This document shows positions 10,279 to 18,834 of a stretch of DNA of 64,000 nucleotides, piece by piece. The notes under the pieces were generated by a model, which was given only the letters and a program-made list of their open reading frames with translations, was not told the origin of the DNA and made no database searches. This DNA is from a virus, in the IMG/VR virus record IMGVR_UViG_3300023109_000007, positions 32,001-96,000 of that record, one strand, 5' to 3'. Position numbers and translations under genes: made by a program. The first letter of the stretch is position 1. Each line of letters starts with the position of its first letter.

Positions 10279-10307
10279 AGTATATAATACTTTTTGGATT
10301 TTGTCAA
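10279..10307 (-). promoter_or_regulatory. Sigma70-type (early) promoter
   Basis: Minus-strand TTGACA (10307-10302), 17 nt spacer, TATACT (10284-10279) in the intergenic gap. Confidence 0.8.
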
Positions 10308-10318
10308 GAAGAACCTGA

Positions 10319-11530
10319 CTAGATAGTTTGTAAAATTGTACCTGTTACAGGTGAAATATCAACAGTAGTATAATCTACTTCATCTATTGTAAATGTACCA
10401 GATGGACGGAATAGTTGAACACTAGAATTTAATGTTCCAGTAACATCTTCGTCAATATCAAAGAATGGTGCTTGTGATGGAGGGCTATCAAGATCTTGGA
10501 AACGTACTCTAAATCTTATTTCAGTGTTGCTTATTTCTCTTACATAGATATCCCAGTCATTATCTACATAATCACTACCTGAATAATTAGCAAGTAAAGT
10601 GTACCCTGCACTAAGACCTATATAATTGCCTTTATTAGCTTGTATTGTTGCAGAACCTGATGTTGTTGTTGCTGATCTGCCAAAAGTAACTATCCCAGCT
10701 GTGGATAATAACGAGCGCCAGTCATTTGTCTTTAGTCCTGAACCACCAGTTATACTAGAAAATATTCTAATCTCGCCGCCAGCATTAAAAAATCCTTGAC
10801 GTTCGTTTGCGTTTTGCCAGTTTACACTAAACTCGTGTGTAAGTGTGCCGTTCCAATTTGTAAATCTTTGTCTTGATATTGTAGAACCTGTACCGTCACG
10901 TAGATCATCTAAATCGTACTGTCCAGTTCCTTGGGCAAATAAGTTTGCTTCAATTTGTGTCATTAAAGATTCTAATTGTCCAAGTATAGTGTCGTCAACT
11001 ATATCAACTTGTGCTGTCGGAGTAAAGTCTGAAAGAGGATTAGTACCTGTTTGATGTACTCTAGCTGCCATAATATCAAGGTAAAGATTAAACCATTGTG
11101 TCGCTGTTATTCTATCACCTTGTACTTCACGTAATCTATGAGTACCTACTGTTCCGCTTACAGCAACAAGAAGTTTAGAGCTGTTATTAATTGCAGCCGT
11201 AGTATGTAATGTAAATGTATTTGCACTTACTCGATTTACATAATAGTAGTCTTCGTTATTAAGGCTGTATATATCTTGATTGCCTTGATTATCATATAAC
11301 ACTAAATCTCCGTCTACAAATCCGTGACCATTTATTGTTATAACACTAGAATTACTTATAGAACTTGCTACAGCCCAGTTTACATTTCTGTAATTGAGAG
11401 CAGTTGCATTTCCGCTTCTAACAGGTTGTGCATATCCTGTTGTACTAGATGACAATAGTGGATTGCCATAAACTGCGGCAATTCTATCTTGCAAATTATT
11501 AAATCTTGTTGCTAGTACTGATGTAGGCAT
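10319..11530 (-). CDS. Virion structural / tail fibre-associated protein
   Basis: Paralog of 11571..12500 (RFNNLQ.RIAA, FFNAGG.IR, KT.DWR) with an extra ~100-aa beta domain; lies downstream of a late promoter. Confidence 0.65.
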   Translation of the reverse strand: MPTSVLATRFNNLQDRIAAVYGNPLLSSSTTGYAQPVRSGNATALNYRNVNWAVASSISNSSVITINGHGFVDGDLVLYDNQGNQDIYSLNNEDYYYVNRVSANTFTLHTTAAINNSSKLLVAVSGTVGTHRLREVQGDRITATQWFNLYLDIMAARVHQTGTNPLSDFTPTAQVDIVDDTILGQLESLMTQIEANLFAQGTGQYDLDDLRDGTGSTISRQRFTNWNGTLTHEFSVNWQNANERQGFFNAGGEIRIFSSITGGSGLKTNDWRSLLSTAGIVTFGRSATTTSGSATIQANKGNYIGLSAGYTLLANYSGSDYVDNDWDIYVREISNTEIRFRVRFQDLDSPPSQAPFFDIDEDVTGTLNSSVQLFRPSGTFTIDEVDYTTVDISPVTGTILQTI

Positions 11531-11557
11531 GAGAGCTCCGTAACTGTATCACATAAC

Positions 11558-11565
11558 TATTTATG
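11558..11565 (-). promoter_or_regulatory. T4-type late promoter
   Basis: CATAAATA on the minus strand just upstream of ATG 11530 (T4 gp55 consensus is TATAAATA). Confidence 0.6.
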
Positions 11566-11570
11566 CGTAG

Positions 11571-12500
11571 TTAAAGTATGATAGAATTAAAGAGATTCGG
11601 TGCTTCTACTTCAACGCTTGGGCCTGTTGCTCGGTATACTTGTATAATACTTTTTAATATTCCGTCAACACTTTCATCAACGCCGCCAACAATACCGCCT
11701 GGAGGTACTGGTAATATAGGACTATCACCAGTGTCTTCGTCTCTATATGATATTAAAAACTTAATTACACTGCTATTTTGCTTTTTAGCAGCAATAGTAT
11801 ATCTGTTTTCAGCATATGCTGCATTTACGTCACTACCTACTTTTTGGTAAATTAGTTGGTATGTTGTAGTTAAATCATAAAATCCAACACCATATGCTTG
11901 TCCAGATCCTGAAGATGCTGTAGTATTATATTTAAACTGTACTGTGCCTGCATTGTTAAGAATTACACGCCAGTCATCTGTCTTTAATTCTGAGCCACCT
12001 GATAATGTACTGTAGAAACGTAATTGTCCGCCACTATTAAAGAAGTGCCTTGCTCCATCTGCATTTTCAAATGTTACTTCAACTTCGTGTTGTAAATTGC
12101 CACTCCAACCTGTTTCTCTTGTGCTAGTTACACCTGCTGTTAAACTTGCTTGTGAATCATTGATCTGAAATCTGTCAGCTTCAATGTTTAGCATTAAACT
12201 TTCAAAAGCACTTACTGCTTTATCTACATAAGGCGAAGTATCATCGTCAATAATTAAATCTGCAACATTTATTGATTGTATTTGAGTAGGAACTATACCT
12301 GTCTGATGGGTTCTTGCTCTACTCATATCTAAGTACAACCCTTGCATATCGGCTGCTGTAACTGTTGCACTTGCAAGTGCTTGATCACTTGCTAGTGTTT
12401 GGCCGTAACCGTCGGAACTACTACCATTACCTTGTATTGCTGCAATACGAGATTGTAAGTTGTTGAACCTTGCTGCTGTAATTAGATCACCGACTGCCAT
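11571..12500 (-). CDS. Virion structural / tail fibre-associated protein
   Basis: In the tail module; paralogous to 10319..11530. Confidence 0.65.
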   Translation of the reverse strand: MAVGDLITAARFNNLQSRIAAIQGNGSSSDGYGQTLASDQALASATVTAADMQGLYLDMSRARTHQTGIVPTQIQSINVADLIIDDDTSPYVDKAVSAFESLMLNIEADRFQINDSQASLTAGVTSTRETGWSGNLQHEVEVTFENADGARHFFNSGGQLRFYSTLSGGSELKTDDWRVILNNAGTVQFKYNTTASSGSGQAYGVGFYDLTTTYQLIYQKVGSDVNAAYAENRYTIAAKKQNSSVIKFLISYRDEDTGDSPILPVPPGGIVGGVDESVDGILKSIIQVYRATGPSVEVEAPNLFNSIIL

Positions 12501-12509
12501 AACTTTTCC

Positions 12510-14009
12510 TTATACTTTAAGTACGCATTCTACTAGTTTTTCACCTTCGTCACTATTGCTTTCTAATGCAATACCAACTAACGCTGTTGCTGCAATAGTT
12601 GAACAAACACCATCTTCCCAAGCATACACAGGTTGTCCTTTTGAAACTGGTCCAGATACTCTTACTGGAACACGCCCTTTAAGACCAATTGCTTGACCGT
12701 CTGCTTCACTGTTCATTAAGTATGCTGGTTTTTCTGAAATAACACCTATACACATATTACTTGCACTTGCTGCTTTTGTTTCGGCTTCTCCGCCTACTGC
12801 CATTGCTGTACCTACTGGATATTCTTCGTCAGTTGTATACTTTTCTGCAAGGTCAGCATATTGTGCTTCAGTTGCTCTACCTTCAAATGTTACTGCTCTA
12901 AGTTTGTTGTCTGATGTTCTTATAGCTATTGTACCGTTTGGCGCCGCTGCCGGACTTTGTGCTGAACTTGCAGAAATATAATTTCCACCTTCGCCTCTAA
13001 GTGTATCAGCTTTTGTTGCTACTCCTACAAAACTTGTTGCATAAACATTTGCCCATCGTAGTGATTCACTACCAAGGTTCTTTGTATTATCTACAGCTGG
13101 AACCATTCCATCTGATACTATTGAAAGAACATGCTGTGTTGTACTTGTACCATCATTTACTTTGAAAGCAATTTTACTATTTGCGCCAACAGTATGTTCT
13201 ATAATACCTGAGCCTTGCAACGAACCTGCCGCTGTTTCAACACGAATTTTTAGATCTAAACTGTCGCCTACTGCAATTCCGTTGTCTTTTTGGAAATTAA
13301 CTTCTTCAGTAAATACTGTAGCCGAGCCTGGTGCTGCAATAACATATTGACTTGCGTCAACACCGCCTAATTTCAATGCGTTTGTAGATGTTCCCCAAAA
13401 TCTGTGATCACCTGTTGTTATGCCAGTGTCAGGGGTATTGACAAGCGTGATGCCTTTTTTGATTTTGGAAAATCCTGAAATTGGATTTGAATCTGAAAGT
13501 TGAAATGCTGTAGCACTATGTATTGTAATTACTTCGTCGGAAATAATACCTTCAATAATTGTATGTGGCCCACCAACAGTATCAAGAATTTGACGACTAC
13601 GCATTTGGGTAACACCTTCGCCTGCATTCTGTGGTCCAATTAATACAAAGTTTGTGCCATCAAACACATATAGTTGTTTGTTTGATACGTCCCACCAAAA
13701 GTCACCTTGTGTTAGTCCTGTTGGTTGTGCTGCTTCAACTTCTGAGCCACCTGTTGTACGCCATTTATTTCCATCGTAAAACTTTAATTTGTTAATAGTA
13801 CTATCGTACCAAAGCTGCCCGCTAATTGCACGTGGTGGAGGATTAGCTCCACTAAAGTTTTCTAACAAAAACAACATGTTTTCGTTTTGAATTTCACCAT
13901 ATCCTGCATAGTTTTTGCCGATGAATTTTAGATCAGTTGTTGTATCAACTGTACCATCTTCAACTATTGTTAGGATAGTGTTATTATATCTATCTATTTG
14001 ATAAGCCAT
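12510..14009 (-). CDS. Tail fibre with C-terminal intramolecular chaperone-like (autocleavage) domain
   Basis: Shared N-terminal anchor (GKNYAGYGE..NEN..LLENF..GQLWYD). C-terminal ADLAEKY...GVISEKPAYLMN...GRVPVRV resembles IMC/peptidase G2-like domains. Confidence 0.7.
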   Translation of the reverse strand: MAYQIDRYNNTILTIVEDGTVDTTTDLKFIGKNYAGYGEIQNENMLFLLENFSGANPPPRAISGQLWYDSTINKLKFYDGNKWRTTGGSEVEAAQPTGLTQGDFWWDVSNKQLYVFDGTNFVLIGPQNAGEGVTQMRSRQILDTVGGPHTIIEGIISDEVITIHSATAFQLSDSNPISGFSKIKKGITLVNTPDTGITTGDHRFWGTSTNALKLGGVDASQYVIAAPGSATVFTEEVNFQKDNGIAVGDSLDLKIRVETAAGSLQGSGIIEHTVGANSKIAFKVNDGTSTTQHVLSIVSDGMVPAVDNTKNLGSESLRWANVYATSFVGVATKADTLRGEGGNYISASSAQSPAAAPNGTIAIRTSDNKLRAVTFEGRATEAQYADLAEKYTTDEEYPVGTAMAVGGEAETKAASASNMCIGVISEKPAYLMNSEADGQAIGLKGRVPVRVSGPVSKGQPVYAWEDGVCSTIAATALVGIALESNSDEGEKLVECVLKV

Positions 14010-14033
14010 TTGTTACCCCTAATGCTTTAATAT

Positions 14034-14041
14034 TATTTATC
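14034..14041 (-). promoter_or_regulatory. T4-type late promoter
   Basis: GATAAATA on the minus strand upstream of ATG 14009. Confidence 0.55.
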
Positions 14042-14048
14042 GTAATTT

Positions 14049-16115
14049 TTATATTCCTGGATCAAGGTTTACAACTGTGAGTGGATCCCAAGTGTTTACC
14101 CCGCCAGCTTCAACACAAGTGTAGCGTTTTAACCCTCGGCTAATTGTAATACTAACTGTACCACTAGCAGGGAAAAATGCAACGTCTTGCATTACTGATT
14201 CGTTTTGTGTTCCGTTGCTGTCAACAGCAACAAATGATATGTTTTTAACTGCATCAACATCAATGTTTTCAGCAGTAGATGCTGCCGCTGTAGTTGTTGA
14301 AATAAATGCAAATGATCCAGCAATCTTTTTAGCTGATGGAAACATTGCTTCTAAATGATTGCATATATCACTATCATCTAATCCAGTAATATCTAAACTA
14401 AACACAATTGGCTGTGTTTCTATTTCATAGTCTACATAACCTTTAGTTGCAACTGTGTCATCTGTATCTTCTATCGATTCGTCATTTTGTGCAATTGCTC
14501 TGTTTTTAGATATCGGAGTTGCTACTCCTGTAATCTTTGCCTTTGATGCTTGATTAATTCTACCTGGATCTGTTGCTGGATTAGGATTTGGTATATCAAC
14601 ACCCATTGAAGTTGGATATTTAAATGATTCCGGACTACTAAAGAAATTGTAGTTAGGTTCATTTGTACCAGGTCCTGAAACAACAAATCCTGGATTGCTT
14701 AATAACATAGTACCGTAACTATCAACTCTTAGACTTTGTCCGTTTGATGTAATTGTATTACCATTTAAATTTAAATTATCAACATTTAGGTATTGTAGTG
14801 TACCAATTCTAATTAGCCCTTCAGCAAATCTAATATCATTTTCTAATCTGTCTGCACTAAGTTTGTCTGCACCGTTAATTTTATATGACTTACCAGTAAC
14901 TAAATCAAAGTGTTCTGTGCTTGTCCATGCATCAGTTGCTGACTTCCAAGTAAGTGATTTATTTGATGTTTCAGCAAGTAATATTAGGCCGCCATCGTCC
15001 ATCTGTGCATCTGGAAGCGGCGCACTATCTTCGCCTCTACCTAGTTCAATATTTTTGTCTTCTACACGCAGTGTACTCACATCAACAATAGTCGAATCAC
15101 CTCTTACTGTAAGACTGCCTTCAATAATAACATCCTTAGGAGTATTTGCATATATTGCATCACTTCCGCCAATATGTAACATTGCTTCTGGGTTACTATT
15201 AAATATACCAACTCTATTATTTCTAGAGTCAATATATATTGAATCAACTGTTAAGTCTAACGAACTACTTTTTGTTCTTAATGTTAAATCACTATCTGTA
15301 ACTTGGTTTTCAATAAAGTAGTTTCCGCCTAATATTTTGTGCGCTACGTTCGGAGCAGTACCTAAGATTAAACCACCTTGATTGTTAATTGTAATTGTAC
15401 CTTGAGCAACAGCATCAACATCTGAAGGAAGGAACTGTTCAACTGTACGTACATCACCATCAGCTGTAAGCAAAGCGTTTGACGAAGTAGCTGTTCCGTG
15501 GAATTTAAAGTTTGTTTGGTCAACAACATTAAAGCCTTCTTTGATAATACCATTTGGATTATCTACTGTTACTAACTGAGCAATACGTTGTGAATACTGT
15601 GGAGTAAATTCAAGATTACTAAACACTCCAACTAATTCACTTGCAACAAATAATTTTGCTACAGGACGTGAACGAGACTGTTCATCAATAATTGTATCAA
15701 TTCTAAATCCACTTTCACCTTGTAGTGAACTATATTGTGGACCAGCTAGTGTTAAGTCTGTGCCGTCATAGAAATATAATTGGTTATTTAGGTTATCAAT
15801 CCATAAGTCGCCAGCAACCATTGTAGGTGCTGTAGCTTGTACAAACGGACCACCTGATGCTTTCCAAACTGTACCGTCATAAACTTTTAATCTTTGCTCA
15901 GCTGTATCCCACCAAAGTTGTCCGTCTAATGGATTTGTAGGTGCTGCTGTATTAGCAAAATTTTCTAACATCTTAATAAAGTTTTCGTTAATAAATTCAC
16001 CAAAACCTTCGTAGTTTCTTCCGACCAGTATTAAATTTGTGGACTGATTATCAATCTGTCCGTCAATTAAGTCTACTAGTAATGTGCCGTCGGTTTTATT
16101 TAATTTATAACTCAT
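14049..16115 (-). CDS. Tail fibre / baseplate-attached structural protein
   Basis: Same N-terminal anchor (GRNYEGFGE..NENF..LENF..GQLWWD) and beta-rich fibre repeats. Confidence 0.7.
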   Translation of the reverse strand: MSYKLNKTDGTLLVDLIDGQIDNQSTNLILVGRNYEGFGEFINENFIKMLENFANTAAPTNPLDGQLWWDTAEQRLKVYDGTVWKASGGPFVQATAPTMVAGDLWIDNLNNQLYFYDGTDLTLAGPQYSSLQGESGFRIDTIIDEQSRSRPVAKLFVASELVGVFSNLEFTPQYSQRIAQLVTVDNPNGIIKEGFNVVDQTNFKFHGTATSSNALLTADGDVRTVEQFLPSDVDAVAQGTITINNQGGLILGTAPNVAHKILGGNYFIENQVTDSDLTLRTKSSSLDLTVDSIYIDSRNNRVGIFNSNPEAMLHIGGSDAIYANTPKDVIIEGSLTVRGDSTIVDVSTLRVEDKNIELGRGEDSAPLPDAQMDDGGLILLAETSNKSLTWKSATDAWTSTEHFDLVTGKSYKINGADKLSADRLENDIRFAEGLIRIGTLQYLNVDNLNLNGNTITSNGQSLRVDSYGTMLLSNPGFVVSGPGTNEPNYNFFSSPESFKYPTSMGVDIPNPNPATDPGRINQASKAKITGVATPISKNRAIAQNDESIEDTDDTVATKGYVDYEIETQPIVFSLDITGLDDSDICNHLEAMFPSAKKIAGSFAFISTTTAAASTAENIDVDAVKNISFVAVDSNGTQNESVMQDVAFFPASGTVSITISRGLKRYTCVEAGGVNTWDPLTVVNLDPGI

Positions 16116-16120
16116 CTTTA

Positions 16121-18196
16121 TTATCCAGTATATATAATGTAATTGATTGCCAAATATGGATTCATTGTATCAATTGGTGTACCTAATGTACCTGTTGTTT
16201 TAACGCCGCCACTTGACGGTAATGCTTGTCCTGCTAGTGTACCTGTAGGAGCATCATATTGAATAGCCTGGTCATCGTCTGGTACACCTGCATTATCACG
16301 TACCGCATAATACTGCGCATTGTCTGCGCCGCGCATATCATGTTCGTGTTCTGGTAAGTTGTCAATACCTACTGTAATAGTTTCACTACCTGCTGAGTTA
16401 CCAATTGCTTGCGCACCTGTACCAGTAACTCTACCTGCTGACGGAACGTCTCCCATATTATCAAGTCCTAGTGGGAATCTACCTCTAAAGTCTGGCAATG
16501 CAAAAAGATTAACACCGCTATCTGATAATTGATCAGGATCTTTAAAGTTAAATCCTATTGACAGGAATAATTCACTAAATTCTGATTTTCTAATTTCTTG
16601 ACCATTACAAAATAACCATCCTGTCGGAAGTGCTGATCCACCAAACGGTACAATTGTACCTGCTGGAATAAGTGGAATAGTTTTTAAGAAATTTTGCTTA
16701 CTAATTCTATATAAGCCTTGTGCATCACCTGATGTTTTGTTAATAAGAATTTCATCGCCGGGGCTTCCGTTTGCTAAACTTTCTTTATTACTAATAAACG
16801 AATTACTAATTGAAGTTACAAACGTTTTTGTGCCTTCGCCAGTTTTGCCATCAAATGCAAAACTTGTAGCACTTACATCTCCAGACATTGCAAATTGTGT
16901 AGCACTTGAAAGTCTATCTGCTGATCCTGCTTTACCTGATACTGTACCTGAAACATTACCTTGTAAATTACCAAAGAAATTGTTTGAATATATTTGATCA
17001 TATCTATTTAGGTTATTACCTACAATGCGTGTTCCGTTACCGTCAGGTATAATGTTTCCTGTAGACAAAATTCCGCCAATATCAAGGTTTGCGCCTACAT
17101 ATGCATTTAACGCAACTCCCAATCCGCCTTTTGTAATAATACTACCTGTACCAATACTTGAAGAATTAGTTGTACTTTCAACTTTTAACTTACCTGTATT
17201 TTCTATATCGCCAGGAGTACTTGCAATTTGTATGTTTCCTCTAACATCTAATGCTTCGTCCGGAGCAGTATTATTAATGCCTACAAAACCGTCGCTGTCA
17301 ATACGCACTACAGTATTTGTTTCTGCGCCAGAACGCACTCTAATATCAATGTTTGATCCTGAAGTATTGTGCTGAATAATTCCAGCTTCGCCTTCAACTT
17401 GTAAACTTAACTGTCCGCCTTCACCAATTTGTATACCTTGGTTACTTTTAATTCTCATTTGGCTATCTGTTGTACTTGGAGCATCACCTCTTAAGAAGTT
17501 GTTTGCACTAACTGTTTCAATACCGTTTGCTACCAAAGGACTGTTTGTTACTTTAAGAGCTGCTGCTTTTGACGACAGTCCTATAAATTGATAGTCATCT
17601 GTTTGATTTGGGTTTGCTAAGTTAATACCCTTTGATACACTATCAAAACCAAATATCTGTGTTTTTAAACTAAATGCAGAGTCGCTTATAATAGCAACTG
17701 TTGTATCTCTAATATCAATTTTTAAGACTGTGTAGTCTATATTATCCTGACCTACTAGTGTTACAGGTGTTGCTCCTGTTACAAGACCATCAGAGTAACT
17801 TGGACCAACTAATATCCAGTTAGAACCTGTATACAAGTATAGTTGTTGGTTATCAATATCAACCCAAAGGTCACCTGCATTTGAATTACTAGCAGCAGGT
17901 TCAGCTGTACTTTTCTTTAAGCCAGAAGCTGAAATCCATAATGTTCCGTCATAAATTTTTAGCTGATCAACACCTTCTGTTGTATCATACCAAAGCTGTC
18001 CTTCTACTGGTCTATCAGGTGCTGTGTTATTTGCAAAATTTTCTAGTAATCTTAACAAGTCTTCAGCAATTGCTGCGCCGTAGTTTGTTGTAAATCTTCC
18101 TGGCAGTTGTAAAGAAGTATCTTGGTTAATCGTGTTGTCTTCAACCGATATAACACCTTTGTTTGCTTCGTCTGTGTATCTTACCGTATATGCCAT
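16121..18196 (-). CDS. Short tail fibre-like protein with phage tail collar domain
   Basis: PAGTIVPFGG..PTGWLFCNGQ..FALPDFRGRFPLG collar motif, HEH metal motif, terminal PYLAINYII, plus the shared N-terminal anchor. Confidence 0.8.
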   Translation of the reverse strand: MAYTVRYTDEANKGVISVEDNTINQDTSLQLPGRFTTNYGAAIAEDLLRLLENFANNTAPDRPVEGQLWYDTTEGVDQLKIYDGTLWISASGLKKSTAEPAASNSNAGDLWVDIDNQQLYLYTGSNWILVGPSYSDGLVTGATPVTLVGQDNIDYTVLKIDIRDTTVAIISDSAFSLKTQIFGFDSVSKGINLANPNQTDDYQFIGLSSKAAALKVTNSPLVANGIETVSANNFLRGDAPSTTDSQMRIKSNQGIQIGEGGQLSLQVEGEAGIIQHNTSGSNIDIRVRSGAETNTVVRIDSDGFVGINNTAPDEALDVRGNIQIASTPGDIENTGKLKVESTTNSSSIGTGSIITKGGLGVALNAYVGANLDIGGILSTGNIIPDGNGTRIVGNNLNRYDQIYSNNFFGNLQGNVSGTVSGKAGSADRLSSATQFAMSGDVSATSFAFDGKTGEGTKTFVTSISNSFISNKESLANGSPGDEILINKTSGDAQGLYRISKQNFLKTIPLIPAGTIVPFGGSALPTGWLFCNGQEIRKSEFSELFLSIGFNFKDPDQLSDSGVNLFALPDFRGRFPLGLDNMGDVPSAGRVTGTGAQAIGNSAGSETITVGIDNLPEHEHDMRGADNAQYYAVRDNAGVPDDDQAIQYDAPTGTLAGQALPSSGGVKTTGTLGTPIDTMNPYLAINYIIYTG

Positions 18197-18206
18197 TTAA
18201 TGCTCC

Positions 18207-18812
18207 TTATACACCTGACAAGCTCTGAATTCTAACTGTATAATCAATTTGAATTAATCTGTTTAAAGATTTTTGTACTGGGTGGAAAATAACGTGTGTC
18301 AAAAGTCTACCCGAGCCACTAGTGTCATAACTACGTAATCCTAGTTCGTCAAATATATAATTGTTAGTTAAGTCATTAGCTGTATCAAATGCATCTTGTC
18401 CATTAGGCTCACCATAATCAAGTAAACAACTTACAATTACATCTGTATAATTTGTTCCGCTAACATGTCTTGTTTCTAATTTATTTCTAGCAGGGTCTGT
18501 ATTGTTAACTGACCTATCGTCTACTACCTTTGTGTATGTTTGGTTATATAGACTTGCATTTGTGCCTGTACTATTTGGAGTCAAATAAGTAATAATGCCT
18601 GTAGGATCTACACTAGTACCACCGTTACCAAAACTCATTTCATACACAAAACCTTCACCTGCATTAGTAATACTTTCAGCAAGTGCTATACTCATATTTT
18701 CGTAATGAATAGCATTACGCTTGTCCACAATAACTTTGCCTGATTCTGGATCAGATATTTTAATGTGTCCCTGTAATAGTACACCGTTTTGTTCGTTTAT
18801 ATTATCAGTCAT
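18207..18812 (-). CDS. Baseplate structural protein
   Basis: FDELGL and HPVQKSLNRLIQIDYTVRI motifs. Start moved to ATG 18812, which has an upstream AGGA and the late promoter AATAAATA at 18839-18832. Confidence 0.6.
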   Translation of the reverse strand: MTDNINEQNGVLLQGHIKISDPESGKVIVDKRNAIHYENMSIALAESITNAGEGFVYEMSFGNGGTSVDPTGIITYLTPNSTGTNASLYNQTYTKVVDDRSVNNTDPARNKLETRHVSGTNYTDVIVSCLLDYGEPNGQDAFDTANDLTNNYIFDELGLRSYDTSGSGRLLTHVIFHPVQKSLNRLIQIDYTVRIQSLSGV

Positions 18813-18834
18813 TTTTTTGTTTCCTACAATGTAT

